Shown here: positions 50,245 through 60,718 of the stretch, piece by piece | How positions within the stretch are numbered: the stretch's first letter is position 1 | Layout: every line of letters begins with the position of its first letter | Origin: a virus | Taxonomy: Duplodnaviria; Heunggongvirae; Uroviricota; Caudoviricetes | Length of the DNA stretch: 64,000 nt | IMG/VR virus record: IMGVR_UViG_3300033070_001087 | Coordinates: 16,177 to 80,176 of that record | Direction: 5' to 3' (one strand) | Notes under the pieces: generated by a model | Databases searched by the model: none | Told to the model about the DNA's origin: nothing | The model's input: the letters and a program-made list of their open reading frames with translations, nothing else | Translations under genes and position numbers: made by a program

Positions 50245-50933
50245 AAACAAGTGAAAAATTAAAAGGAGTAATTGATCCAAAATGGTTGCAAAAATTAACT
50301 CCAATACTTGATTCAAATGAAATGGTTAATACCTTTGCTGAATTAAGTATACGAAAACAAAAAGCAAATATATATCCTGCTCAAGAAAATATTTTTAATG
50401 CATTTAAACTTCCATTTGATGATATTAAAGTAGTAATTTTAGGACAGGATCCTTATCATACAACAGGAGTAGCTGATGGTTATGCTTTCAGTACTAAAAG
50501 TAAAATCTGTCCACCGTCTTTAAGAAATATCTTACAAGAAGTAGAAGATGATTATTATGGTGGATTAAACTTATACCGAAAACCAGGAGATTACTCATTA
50601 GATTCTTGGGTAAAACAAGGTGTATTATTATTAAACACTTCATTAACAGTAGAAGAAGGAGTACCAGGTAGTCATTTACACTTATGGGCACATTTTACAA
50701 TAGAAGTAATAAAAATTCTTAGTGCTGAAACTACAGCTGTAGTATTTATGCTCTGGGGAAAAAAAGCTCAATTCTACAAAGCCTATATTGATGAAAGATA
50801 TCACTACATCTTAGAAGCTGCACATCCGTCTCCATTTTCTGCAAATAATGGATTTTTTGGATGTCATCATTTTTCAGAGGCAAATAAAATTATCAAAGAT
50901 GTTAATGGTCAAGAATTTATGATCGAATGGTAA
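50241..50933 (+). CDS. ung: uracil-DNA glycosylase (family 1)
   Basis: GQDPYH water-activating motif and HPSPFS DNA-intercalation loop. Confidence 0.65.
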   Translation: MKTSEKLKGVIDPKWLQKLTPILDSNEMVNTFAELSIRKQKANIYPAQENIFNAFKLPFDDIKVVILGQDPYHTTGVADGYAFSTKSKICPPSLRNILQEVEDDYYGGLNLYRKPGDYSLDSWVKQGVLLLNTSLTVEEGVPGSHLHLWAHFTIEVIKILSAETTAVVFMLWGKKAQFYKAYIDERYHYILEAAHPSPFSANNGFFGCHHFSEANKIIKDVNGQEFMIEW

Positions 50934-50943
50934 AAAACAAATT

Positions 50944-51351
50944 ATGGAAAAACAAAACGAGCAAAAAACAGTATTACTGTTTGTTTATGGAACTTTAATG
51001 AGTGGATTTGGCAACAATATATTACTCAAAGGTCAAAATCTTATTGGACCTGGAGAAACAGTCAATGACTACACAATGTATGCATCTGGAATCCCATTTG
51101 TTAATGATGAAAAACAAACATCAAAAATTAAAGGAGAATTATGGGAAGTTCAACCTTCCAGAATGCCATCGCTTGATGGCTTAGAAGGTCATCCCAATTG
51201 GTACCAAAGAAAACTTGTACCTGTTACTGTTAATGGTGAAGAATTCCAAGCTTGGTTATACTTCAATACAGAAAACAGAGGAAATTTAGTAGAAGATGGT
51301 GACTATCGTAAATACAGAGAAGAAATTGCAAAACCAAAAGCAGTCGTATAA
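50944..51351 (+). CDS. gamma-glutamyl cyclotransferase-like (AIG2/GGCT fold)
   Basis: N-terminal LLFVYGTLMSGFGNN, the YGTL motif of the GGCT/AIG2 family. Confidence 0.5.
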   Translation: MEKQNEQKTVLLFVYGTLMSGFGNNILLKGQNLIGPGETVNDYTMYASGIPFVNDEKQTSKIKGELWEVQPSRMPSLDGLEGHPNWYQRKLVPVTVNGEEFQAWLYFNTENRGNLVEDGDYRKYREEIAKPKAVV

Positions 51352-52245
51352 ATGGCATTAGCAAAAAAGAAAACTCCAGTAGCAAAAGTAGGTACAGGTT
51401 ATTACTCACAAATTAGAAGTAGACATCCATCTCATGATGTATTTAGAAATAGAAAAGAATTAAAATTTCCTTTTCGTTCTGTAATCAGATTTGGAAGTAC
51501 TACTGAGTTACCTGACACTATAGCTAAAGGTGGAAAACGAATTGAATTAAACTCAACTGAAGCAATTAAAAACTCAGCTTCAAAATTAAGAATGAAAAAT
51601 TGCTTTACATTAAGTAAAGTTAAAACCGCTGATTGGTATTATATAAGAAAAGATAAGTTTTACAAAATAAATAATTACGAAAATCAAATACAGGAAACTG
51701 TATTATTGATTTCTGATTTACCATATCCAATAGTAGCTAAACATCATTTTGGCTCAAGAGGTAATGGAAATTATCTTTTGAATTCTCAAGAAGAATTACA
51801 AAATTGGATGAAAGGTAAAGATTTAAGCAATTATCTCTTTGAAAAATTCTACAATTACAACAGAGAATATAGATTACATGTAACTAAAAATGGTTGCTTC
51901 TATACCTGTCGTAAAATGTTAAAATCTGATGCTCCTAAAGATAAGAGATGGTTCAGAAATGACAGCAATTCGGTTTGGATTGTAGAAGAAAATGAACAGT
52001 TTGACAAACCAATAAACTGGAAATTAATCGAAGAACAATGTGTAGAAGCATTGAAATCAACTGGTTTAGACTTTGGTGCATGTGATGTAAGAGTACAATC
52101 ATCAAAAAATAATGATGGAAAAAAACGTAAAGATGTTGACTTCATCATTGTTGAGATTAACTCTGCTCCATCATTTGGAGAAAGAACTGAAATTGAATAC
52201 TTAAAAGAATTACCAAAAATTTTAAAGGAAAAATCTACAAATTAA
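51352..52245 (+). CDS. ATP-grasp domain protein (putative peptide/amide ligase)
   Basis: IVAKHHFGSRGNGNYLL region plus a downstream Asp and Glu-rich segment, typical of ATP-grasp enzymes of the RimK/GshB type. Assignment tentative. Confidence 0.4.
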   Translation: MALAKKKTPVAKVGTGYYSQIRSRHPSHDVFRNRKELKFPFRSVIRFGSTTELPDTIAKGGKRIELNSTEAIKNSASKLRMKNCFTLSKVKTADWYYIRKDKFYKINNYENQIQETVLLISDLPYPIVAKHHFGSRGNGNYLLNSQEELQNWMKGKDLSNYLFEKFYNYNREYRLHVTKNGCFYTCRKMLKSDAPKDKRWFRNDSNSVWIVEENEQFDKPINWKLIEEQCVEALKSTGLDFGACDVRVQSSKNNDGKKRKDVDFIIVEINSAPSFGERTEIEYLKELPKILKEKSTN

Positions 52246-52246
52246 A

Positions 52247-52939
52247 ATGATAAAAGACAGAAAAATTTTCGTAGTAGGACCTTCAAGTCATTATGCAAAT
52301 TGGATGGGTGGAACATTAGTAAAAACTATTGAAGAAGCTGACTTAGTTGTATTTACTGGAGGAGCTGATGTCTTCCCAGGAATCTATAAAGAAGAAGATA
52401 TTCATCCAAGAACATCTTATTTTCTTGAAAGAGATGACTTTGAAATGACTGCTTACGAAAAAGCTTTAAAACTAGGTAAAAAAATGATTGGTATCTGCCG
52501 TGGCCACCAATTATTAAGTGCGTTAAATGGTGCAAAATTAATTCAGGATCAACCAAATCCTGGAATGCATTTTATGAAAACTCACTATGGAGATGAAATC
52601 TTTATAAACTCTATGCACCATCAAGCGGTGTTTCCTTTTAATCTACCTGAAGATAATTATTTTATTTTAGGTTGGACAGAAGGTCTAAGCTCACACCACG
52701 AAAATGGTAAAAAAGAAGAGATGAATCCACCGGTTGAAGTTGAAATGATATATTTTCCAAAAACTAATTGTTTAGGAATTCAATGTCATCCAGAAATGAT
52801 GCATACAATAAATACAACTAATAATCAAAAAGCTATGAAATTCTTTAAGAATCAACTTCATAGATTTATGATAGATTGTCTATTTGTTGATAAGCAAGCA
52901 AACGAAAAACTAAAAAAAAAGAAGTTGGTAATTAATTAA
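52247..52939 (+). CDS. peptidase C26 / class-I glutamine amidotransferase-like (gamma-glutamyl hydrolase type)
   Basis: GICRGHQ nucleophile elbow, NSMHHQAV, and GIQCHPE His-Glu. Paralog of the intron-containing gene at 35129/36498. Confidence 0.6.
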   Translation: MIKDRKIFVVGPSSHYANWMGGTLVKTIEEADLVVFTGGADVFPGIYKEEDIHPRTSYFLERDDFEMTAYEKALKLGKKMIGICRGHQLLSALNGAKLIQDQPNPGMHFMKTHYGDEIFINSMHHQAVFPFNLPEDNYFILGWTEGLSSHHENGKKEEMNPPVEVEMIYFPKTNCLGIQCHPEMMHTINTTNNQKAMKFFKNQLHRFMIDCLFVDKQANEKLKKKKLVIN

Positions 52940-52952
52940 TTAAAATAAAATA

Positions 52953-55076
52953 ATGAACGAGCTTAGCTTAATAAACAGCATACTTCTATTTCAAATAGTA
53001 GGATATGCTATACTACGTATATTTTTCAAACCAGATATAGGTAGAAGATTGTATTGTGGTGTATTCGCGTTCAATGGTCCAACTAATTTATCAAAAGCTT
53101 TATGTCATCTTGTACTAAACAATATTAAAATATTGGGTATGTACAATGATGAACGAGGTGGTGATAATGCAGGTATAGTAATCAATAATGAAGTACTAAG
53201 AACTATTGGAACTGAATATAAATTCAAGACTCTACTGGAGAGAAATCATATAGATGTGTTAGATCCTGCTATTTCAACTATCGTTATTGGACATTCAAGA
53301 AAAGGCTCTGTAGGTGGGAAAGGTCATGAGAATGCTCATCCTTTTGAAATCTATGAAGACAAAAAGAATCCAAGTCCTGATTGGTACATGACTGGCGTTC
53401 ATAACGGAACTATAGAAAATTGGCAAGATTTACTTAAAAATCATGTATTAGACGAAAAAGAGTTTAAGAATGATAGTAAAACTATGTTAAAAATTATAGC
53501 TCGCCAGAGAAAACTTAAAAAAGTTAAAAAGTATAATGTACTTGAAAAATACAAAGGTAATGGAGTATTTATCTGGTATTTCCGTGATGAACCTGATACC
53601 ATGTATGTGTTTAAAGGAGCACATAAAAAGTACAAAACTGCAACAAAAGCTGACGAAGAAAGACCATTATTTTTCTATGAATGTCCAATCACAGAAGGTA
53701 TTTATTTTAGTTCTATCAAAGATTCTTTAATTGCTATTAGTGTAGATAGAGAATTAGTGAAAGATTTAGCAACAAATACTGTTTTCAAGTTCCGTCAAGG
53801 TAAACTTGTTGTAAAAGATTCGATAACAATAGAAAGAGAAAATATCTATGAATTTGAGTCAGCTAATTCATCAGTTATGTATGGTTACGGTGAAGAATAT
53901 GATGGTCATTGGGAAGGATGTGGTTTTGAACCAGCGATTCGACCAGGTATTCAAAAGCAAATTGGCTTCAAAGACTATACAGCACAAAGTCAAGAAGCAA
54001 TGGCTAAACAAGCTCTAAAAGAAAGAGCTGATCATTTGGTTAATAAAACTTTACCCAGTAATAGCTCAAATGTTTGTCCTATACCAATCTCTTCGTCTAC
54101 TTCTCCCACAAAAAGAGAAGGAAAAACCATCATTTTGGGAACAGATGATGTTCCCTTAAAAAACATTGCTAATTATAAAGATAAAATTTATAGAGAGCAT
54201 GGTTTATATAAGTTTGGTGGTGAATTACTCAATGGTGAGTATATTATTAATATGAAAACGTATGAAGTTCATTCTTCTTCTAAGAAAAATTTACTTGAAC
54301 AAGATCATATTTTTGAATCTCGCTTCTTCTATGAAGGATATATGTTAAAAAACAAAATAGCTTTAATTGATTTACAAGAATTGGATAAAGACAATTCAAA
54401 TTGGAAAGCTGATAAAGCTCAATATATCATGAGTAAATACTGCTCTTATCCTGTACCTACTACAGATGGTAAAATGTACTATTTAAACCTTAACAAAGCT
54501 CAAGGTTACTTCGAAGGAATTCCTTATAGTGAAGGTAAAGTTTATGATTACAAGGATGGCAAACTTATTGAAGTAAGAAAGATTGTGGAAACAACAAATC
54601 AGGAGAGCTCCATTCCACCACAGGAGATTGAATACGGACCTATTATAGGTCCAAAAACAAAGATAATAAATTTACATTGTCCAAACTATGATAGAGATAT
54701 TACAGATCCAGATGGTATAACATCTACACCTCCTAAGTTGACTGAAGAAGAAATCGCAGATCAACTTAAAAAAAATCAGGAAGAAGATAGCAGACAAGAA
54801 GAACTTTCTGTTATTGATTCTGCTGAACAAGAAATTCTTGAGCAATGGCTTAATTTAAAAGAAAAGATAGAAGAACAAATGTATAATATGGATCCATTTA
54901 TTAAAGATGGTTCGTTAAAAAAGTTGGATTTTTTATCTGGTAGTCTTTTCGATTGGGGTATTGATTGTATAGAAGGTGGTGTAGTAGGTACACCAAAAAA
55001 TTTATCTCCTTATTATAAGTTAGACGATAAAGGGAAATTAGCATACAGCAACATTTCTAAAATGAGATTTTTTTAG
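52953..55076 (+). CDS. class-II (Ntn) glutamine amidotransferase domain protein with long C-terminal extension
   Basis: Internal LYCGVFAFNGPTN matches the GATase-II N-terminal nucleophile CG(I/V)xG. It follows a ~34-aa hydrophobic leader. About 450 aa of extra C-terminal sequence. Confidence 0.45.
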   Translation: MNELSLINSILLFQIVGYAILRIFFKPDIGRRLYCGVFAFNGPTNLSKALCHLVLNNIKILGMYNDERGGDNAGIVINNEVLRTIGTEYKFKTLLERNHIDVLDPAISTIVIGHSRKGSVGGKGHENAHPFEIYEDKKNPSPDWYMTGVHNGTIENWQDLLKNHVLDEKEFKNDSKTMLKIIARQRKLKKVKKYNVLEKYKGNGVFIWYFRDEPDTMYVFKGAHKKYKTATKADEERPLFFYECPITEGIYFSSIKDSLIAISVDRELVKDLATNTVFKFRQGKLVVKDSITIERENIYEFESANSSVMYGYGEEYDGHWEGCGFEPAIRPGIQKQIGFKDYTAQSQEAMAKQALKERADHLVNKTLPSNSSNVCPIPISSSTSPTKREGKTIILGTDDVPLKNIANYKDKIYREHGLYKFGGELLNGEYIINMKTYEVHSSSKKNLLEQDHIFESRFFYEGYMLKNKIALIDLQELDKDNSNWKADKAQYIMSKYCSYPVPTTDGKMYYLNLNKAQGYFEGIPYSEGKVYDYKDGKLIEVRKIVETTNQESSIPPQEIEYGPIIGPKTKIINLHCPNYDRDITDPDGITSTPPKLTEEEIADQLKKNQEEDSRQEELSVIDSAEQEILEQWLNLKEKIEEQMYNMDPFIKDGSLKKLDFLSGSLFDWGIDCIEGGVVGTPKNLSPYYKLDDKGKLAYSNISKMRFF

Positions 55077-57230
55077 ATGAACAAAAAGAAAAACAAGGAC
55101 TATGCATTAACAGTTTCTGGAAATGAAGTTCTAAAAACAAATTGCATATTAATCAATAAAGAGTATTATGAGAAGAATGTTGACTGTTTCCTTATTAACT
55201 ATAAAGGAAATGAAAGATGGGTTCCATTTGATAACTCTTATTGTTTTAATTTTGTAAATGGACAATACGAAAAGAGAAAACTCGTAGAAGAAAAAGGACT
55301 TACTAAGTTCTTAATTGGGTTCGGTGGTAAACAACTAGAAAAACTTGTGTTTGGCTATGATGTTGCCAATTTTGCGATAAATACCAAAGTGTTTTCTCAC
55401 TACGGAAATAAAAGTCTTGATTATCAGACATATCAAACAGAAATTAAAAGATCTGAAGAGCGAATTGTAAAATATGAAGAGAGACTTCAACCTCAAATAT
55501 TATTTAACGATAATTATGGAAGTTATATTAATATTATATGTAAGTTATATTACTACAGAAACTTTATCAATAAAGAACTTCCATTTCCAATAGAGGATAT
55601 TACTCTAAAAGATTTTGTTAAAATTATTAGAGAAGTTGAAAATTATACTCTAAGAGATAATGATATCAGAAATGATTTTCAAGAATTCTATAATGACTAT
55701 TGCTGTTATGTTCATACTGGTTATGATCCTGTTAGTCCAGAAGATGATCCAGATAATACTCTACAAAAAATCACTTATGAAATTGTACAACAAACTCCAG
55801 TTTTAGCAAAAATATTTGATTTTGTTATATCTTATTTTGAAATTACATCTTCTTTAAAGAATGAAATTTCAGCTGAAAAAGCAAAATTACAAAAGTATAA
55901 TGCAAAACTTAAAGAAATTAAAGATGCTAATTTCTTTAGTGAAATTTGTAGAACAAAAGAAGATGCAATAAATCTTGGTTTTATTGAATCATTCTCAAAT
56001 GACTCTTATTATTTAAAAAGAAATCTCAGTACTGGTGAGATAGCAGCTTTATCCAAAATTCCATCGCATAATCAAGATGGTTCTTATAGTAAAAACATAA
56101 GAATTAATTATAATGCAAATCAAGGAACAGATGTTTTCACAAGGATATTAGAAAGCTACTATCTTACGAGAGAAGAGAATACTAAATTAGAAAGAAAGAG
56201 TTATAATATTGCAAGGTTATTAAATGGTTTAACTTATGGTATTGAATTTGAAACTTGTTTAGGTAGAATTAGAGAACCTGATTTATATAGACATGGAATT
56301 ATTCCTTTAAGAGATGGTTCTGTAACTGGTTTTGAATATACAACTATACCTTATGGTTATTCTAATGTGAATTTAAATGAAACAAGCACTCAAGCATTAG
56401 CTAAAGACTTGACTAATTTAAAAGAACTTTGTAATGAATTAACCAAGCGTTGTCAAATAAACTCACGATGTTCTATGCATATACATATTGGAGGAGTAAG
56501 AAAAGATAAACTTTATTTACTTGCTGTATATATGTTATGTTATATGATACAAGATGAGATGTTTGAGATGTTTCCAAAGTTTAAGGAAGATTCTCCTAAG
56601 TATTTAGGTACACAAAAGAATTACTGTAAAAAATTAGACCATTTGGATTTATTCGATAACTGTATATTTGACAAAAGTTCTGTTTTAAAAGAAAATTATT
56701 GTGATAATATCAATGAGTATTTTAACAGAATTTTTAAGTTCTTATCTGATGGACAAGATATAGGTTCTAAATTTAATCGTAAATTATTAAGACACCCAAT
56801 AGATCAAAAATGGAATAGACATGGTAGATATCATTGGGTTAATTTAGTAAATTCCGTATTTAGTAATTCAAGAACTATTGAGTTTCGATTACATACAGCA
56901 ACCTTAAACTTTACTAAAACTTTAAATTGGATGTTAATCTGTTCAGCAATTGTAAAATTTGCTGATACTCACACTAAAGAAATTGTGTCAGGTAAAATAT
57001 CTAAAATTAGTTTAGATGAGTTGATAGGTGGTTATTGTAATGGATTCAGAGATAAGAAAAAAACAAACGAAAACGGACTATTCGTTCATAAGTATCTAAA
57101 TGAGTATATTAATACTCGTAAGGTATACTTTGCAAATAAGACTGTTCAAAAAGACTTTGTTTGTGAAGTAGAGTTAGAACAAGATAAGAATTTTGTATTT
57201 AACTACATGGGCGTAACTAGCCTGATTTAA
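55077..57230 (+). CDS. amidoligase (GCS2/carboxylate-amine ligase-like) large protein
   Basis: TYGIEFETCLGRI resembles the GxExE start of the GCS2/amidoligase catalytic domain. 717 aa. Cluster context with GATase-II, C26, ATP-grasp and GGCT. Confidence 0.4.
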   Translation: MNKKKNKDYALTVSGNEVLKTNCILINKEYYEKNVDCFLINYKGNERWVPFDNSYCFNFVNGQYEKRKLVEEKGLTKFLIGFGGKQLEKLVFGYDVANFAINTKVFSHYGNKSLDYQTYQTEIKRSEERIVKYEERLQPQILFNDNYGSYINIICKLYYYRNFINKELPFPIEDITLKDFVKIIREVENYTLRDNDIRNDFQEFYNDYCCYVHTGYDPVSPEDDPDNTLQKITYEIVQQTPVLAKIFDFVISYFEITSSLKNEISAEKAKLQKYNAKLKEIKDANFFSEICRTKEDAINLGFIESFSNDSYYLKRNLSTGEIAALSKIPSHNQDGSYSKNIRINYNANQGTDVFTRILESYYLTREENTKLERKSYNIARLLNGLTYGIEFETCLGRIREPDLYRHGIIPLRDGSVTGFEYTTIPYGYSNVNLNETSTQALAKDLTNLKELCNELTKRCQINSRCSMHIHIGGVRKDKLYLLAVYMLCYMIQDEMFEMFPKFKEDSPKYLGTQKNYCKKLDHLDLFDNCIFDKSSVLKENYCDNINEYFNRIFKFLSDGQDIGSKFNRKLLRHPIDQKWNRHGRYHWVNLVNSVFSNSRTIEFRLHTATLNFTKTLNWMLICSAIVKFADTHTKEIVSGKISKISLDELIGGYCNGFRDKKKTNENGLFVHKYLNEYINTRKVYFANKTVQKDFVCEVELEQDKNFVFNYMGVTSLI

Positions 57231-57252
57231 AATAAAGTTCTAATTTTAATAT

Positions 57253-57672
57253 TTGAAAGGAAACACAAATAGGAATAAAGGACATGATTTTGAAAGACAA
57301 TGGGCTAGAACAATGAGAGATATGGGTTATGTACATTGCAAGACATCACGTCAAGCAAGTAGATTACTTGATAGCTGTAAAGTTGATTTAGCTTTTATAC
57401 CTTACAATATTCAATGTAAAAATGTTAAAGCCAATATTAATTATATAGATCTAATAAAGACTATAAAAGAAACATTAGCTGAAAACTATCCTGAAGAAGA
57501 TCCTATATTCGATAACCCTATCATTATAGCTCACAAGAGAGGAAGAAAACCAGAAGATCATTTAGTCATCATGGAAGCTTCCTCTTTTGTTGACCTAGCA
57601 AGGAAAGTGAAAGAATATGAAACAATTGAAAATGAAAGAATAAAAAGACGTAAGAATGCAGAGAATCATTGA
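57253..57672 (+). CDS. hypothetical protein (possible Hjc-like resolvase/PD-(D/E)xK nuclease)
   Basis: KGHDFERQWARTMRDMGY resembles the Hjc N-terminal motif. Confidence 0.25.
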   Translation: MKGNTNRNKGHDFERQWARTMRDMGYVHCKTSRQASRLLDSCKVDLAFIPYNIQCKNVKANINYIDLIKTIKETLAENYPEEDPIFDNPIIIAHKRGRKPEDHLVIMEASSFVDLARKVKEYETIENERIKRRKNAENH

Positions 57673-58684
57673 TTATGGTAATAACACTGGTATTTCTCAA
57701 TCTATGCTTAAAGACTTTCTAATACATCCAATGTTTTTTAAACTTAAGCACTTTGATGGAGTTATTAAGAAAGAAAAGAAGTCATATTTTGACTTAGGTT
57801 CGCTTGTTGATTGCTTGGTATTAACAGCAGATTGGTTTGACAAAATCTATGCTATTTATCCAGGTAAAATAAGTCCTCAAGCGAAAGTATTGTGTGAGCA
57901 TATAGTAAACGAAGGAATTGATTATTCCTCTTATGACATCATTCTTGATGAAATAAGAAAATTGAATATTTTTAATACTATTAAGAAAATTGATACTATT
58001 AAAAAGAAACTGGAAGAAGAAAACTTTGAAACCTATATAAATTTCTATTCAGCTAATAAAGGAAAAGCAATTATCGATCAAGAGTTCTATCTTAAGGGTA
58101 TTGAAATAGCTTCATCATTATTAAGTAGTGAGTTTACAAAAGAATATTTCCGTTTAGGAAAAGGAATTGAAATACTTACAGCACATCCTATTTACTGGGA
58201 GTACGATGATGATAATCATAGTTATGGACCTACTGATTGTAAGTCTTTAATTGATATGATAAGAATTAATCATAATACTCATACTATTGCTCTGTTTGAT
58301 TTAAAGACTACAGCGGAATCAACTTCGCTATTTCCTAAATCAATTATGAAATATAGATATGATTTTCAGGCAGCTTTTTATATGGCAGCAGTGAAATGGT
58401 GGATTAACAATCATAGATTAGATTTAAAAGACTATAAAATTAAGCAAGAATTCAGTTTTATTGTTGAATCAACAACAACTGTTGGATCGCCTCTTATATA
58501 TCAACTAGCTCCACATACAATTGATATAGGCAAACATGGAGATATGTTTACTGAGAGAAATGTTCTTAAATTTATACCTGGTTTTAAAGAAGTAATAGAA
58601 AATCTTAACTGGCATATTATCGAAGATAAATGGCATTACACAAGAGAACAGTACGAAAATAAAGGAATAGTAACTTGTTGTTAA
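57656..58684 (+). CDS. PD-(D/E)xK family nuclease (putative exonuclease)
   Basis: IALFDLKTT resembles a D...(D/E)xK core. 342 aa. Confidence 0.3.
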   Translation: MQRIIDYGNNTGISQSMLKDFLIHPMFFKLKHFDGVIKKEKKSYFDLGSLVDCLVLTADWFDKIYAIYPGKISPQAKVLCEHIVNEGIDYSSYDIILDEIRKLNIFNTIKKIDTIKKKLEEENFETYINFYSANKGKAIIDQEFYLKGIEIASSLLSSEFTKEYFRLGKGIEILTAHPIYWEYDDDNHSYGPTDCKSLIDMIRINHNTHTIALFDLKTTAESTSLFPKSIMKYRYDFQAAFYMAAVKWWINNHRLDLKDYKIKQEFSFIVESTTTVGSPLIYQLAPHTIDIGKHGDMFTERNVLKFIPGFKEVIENLNWHIIEDKWHYTREQYENKGIVTCC

Positions 58685-58687
58685 ATC

Positions 58688-59242
58688 ATGAATATAGAAA
58701 CATATGCAAATAAGAGAAGAAATCGCTCCACATTATATCTCTTTCCTTTAATATACGATGAGTTTAATGTAACTACATCAAATGTTATTAAAGAAGAGAA
58801 TGGATTTAAGATGGTAAACCTGTATATAAAGGACCAAAAGAAAGAACAAGAATATGAGAATTGTATTTTCATGCTAATAAAAATATTAGATTATGATAAT
58901 CCAAATTTTAGACTATTTCTTTCTAATCTTAAAAACAATATTTTCTTTAAAGAGTATTATAATGTTGACACTCATTATATAATGATTGTATTTCAAATGA
59001 GAGAAGAGGAAAGACAAATACTTAATAAATTTATTTTAGGTAAATATAGTAAATTTCCAGAATTCTATCAGAACTTTTTTCCAAAGGGTATGAATACAAA
59101 TATTAAATGTCAATATAATGTACTCACAAAAAACAGTTTATTAAAACATAAAATCGAACAAGATTTAGGTATATCTTTGTCATCTGATGCAGAATTAGAT
59201 GACAAACCATACTTAGAAGAAGAAATATTCAGATATGAGTAG
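58688..59242 (+). CDS. hypothetical protein
   Basis: 184-aa ORF. Confidence 0.35.
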   Translation: MNIETYANKRRNRSTLYLFPLIYDEFNVTTSNVIKEENGFKMVNLYIKDQKKEQEYENCIFMLIKILDYDNPNFRLFLSNLKNNIFFKEYYNVDTHYIMIVFQMREEERQILNKFILGKYSKFPEFYQNFFPKGMNTNIKCQYNVLTKNSLLKHKIEQDLGISLSSDAELDDKPYLEEEIFRYE

Positions 59243-59480
59243 AGTAGATATTGAAGAAGTACAAAAAGAAACTCAGATACCAAGTAATACTGATATTATC
59301 ATTGAGATAAAAAGTGGTGAAATTAATATCATGGCATCTGGACCACCAAAAAAATTTTTAATTATCAATGAAGACGAGAAAACGATAATCCTTAAAAATG
59401 TTAAGGATCCATTCATGAATATCGCTGCAGTTGTAAAAAGCAGATTGGAAAAATGGCGGAAGATACTGAAAATCGATTAG
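59235..59480 (+). CDS. hypothetical protein
   Basis: 81-aa ORF. Confidence 0.3.
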   Translation: MSRVDIEEVQKETQIPSNTDIIIEIKSGEINIMASGPPKKFLIINEDEKTIILKNVKDPFMNIAAVVKSRLEKWRKILKID

Positions 59481-60409
59481 AAAGAGAAGAACCAAGTACT
59501 GTTACTACAACTAAAGGTGAAGAGTATCTAAAACAAGTAAATTTTTTACAAGACTTTGAAAAAAAAAATATGGAATTCTATCAACCGATAAATTATCATA
59601 AGTATTTTTTCCCTGTTGATACTGCTACTTTGTCACAGAAGATTTCAAGTACAGAAATTCCAAAACATAATCATACCAAAAGCTATGATGGAAGTTCGAG
59701 TGTAGGAGTAGTCTTTTCTGATGAATTAGGTCCAATATCAGTTGAAAATCCAGTTGAAGAAATTCCAATACCAACTAAAACTTTCATCATGAATAATGAT
59801 GGTAACGTTGAGTTGGAAATGAATAATAGTTTTGACCAAAAATCATGGGATGCTGAGATAGCAAGAGCAAATGATGCATATACTAATTTTGCTAAGAAAC
59901 CTCTTATAACCTGGAATAATAAGCCAGATAGAGATCAAATTCAAAATATAGGAATAGGTCATACTGTTTCTGTAAATGGAGTTCAAGGAATGGGTAATGG
60001 TAATCCAAAAAGAGTTCCTATTATTTGTCGTAGTTATGATAACTTTATAGCTACTATACAAGAATTATATGGACCTAAACCTGAACAACCAACTTTAATA
60101 CCTGTAGCTCTTCTTTTTCAATTTGAATTAAATGAAGACCATTATAACATCGATTACAAACCTGAGCGACGCTATAGGGATGATTATGAAGATGAGTATT
60201 CTGGTCAAAAAAACTATTTAGTTAAGGAAAGAAGAAAAGCAGGATATCAGAAGATTCCTGACTCTGGTTTTAGTTGTATCTTATGGTTAATTGAAAATAA
60301 CTATATACCAGCCTATTATAGTATTCATACTGATGAAGAAGAAATCTATGAATTAATGGCTCAAACCTTGCATGAATGGATGAATGCAAATAATTTTCGT
60401 GATAATTAA
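59453..60409 (+). CDS. hypothetical protein
   Basis: 318-aa ORF. Confidence 0.35.
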   Translation: MAEDTENRLEREEPSTVTTTKGEEYLKQVNFLQDFEKKNMEFYQPINYHKYFFPVDTATLSQKISSTEIPKHNHTKSYDGSSSVGVVFSDELGPISVENPVEEIPIPTKTFIMNNDGNVELEMNNSFDQKSWDAEIARANDAYTNFAKKPLITWNNKPDRDQIQNIGIGHTVSVNGVQGMGNGNPKRVPIICRSYDNFIATIQELYGPKPEQPTLIPVALLFQFELNEDHYNIDYKPERRYRDDYEDEYSGQKNYLVKERRKAGYQKIPDSGFSCILWLIENNYIPAYYSIHTDEEEIYELMAQTLHEWMNANNFRDN

Positions 60410-60423
60410 AAATAAAAATTAAA

Positions 60424-60693
60424 ATGGTACTTACCTTTGAAGATTTCAAAAGAAAATTTAAACCTTTCATTGGTGATGACAGAAAAACGAAAGTTTTCTC
60501 TTCCAATGACGAAGAGGTTAGAAACAGTAAAAATTTAAAAAAAGTTTGGGACATAGAAGAGAGAGATAATACAATTATGAAAATTGTTCCAAATCGCAGA
60601 CAGTATATAACATTCGGAATGCATTTAGTTACTGAGAATCCTTTTTCTCAGCATCATGAAGAAACTCTTAAAGTTATAGGACCTGTCTATTAA
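60424..60693 (+). CDS. hypothetical protein
   Basis: 89-aa ORF. Confidence 0.3.
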   Translation: MVLTFEDFKRKFKPFIGDDRKTKVFSSNDEEVRNSKNLKKVWDIEERDNTIMKIVPNRRQYITFGMHLVTENPFSQHHEETLKVIGPVY

Positions 60694-60718
60694 AATAAAA
60701 ATTTTATCGTAGATAAGA

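Noticed and set aside
52353-53635. Short antisense ORFs 52353-52556 and 53441-53635 (and similar ones within other long genes)
   Set aside because: They are embedded antisense in long ORFs with strong motif support. Spurious.
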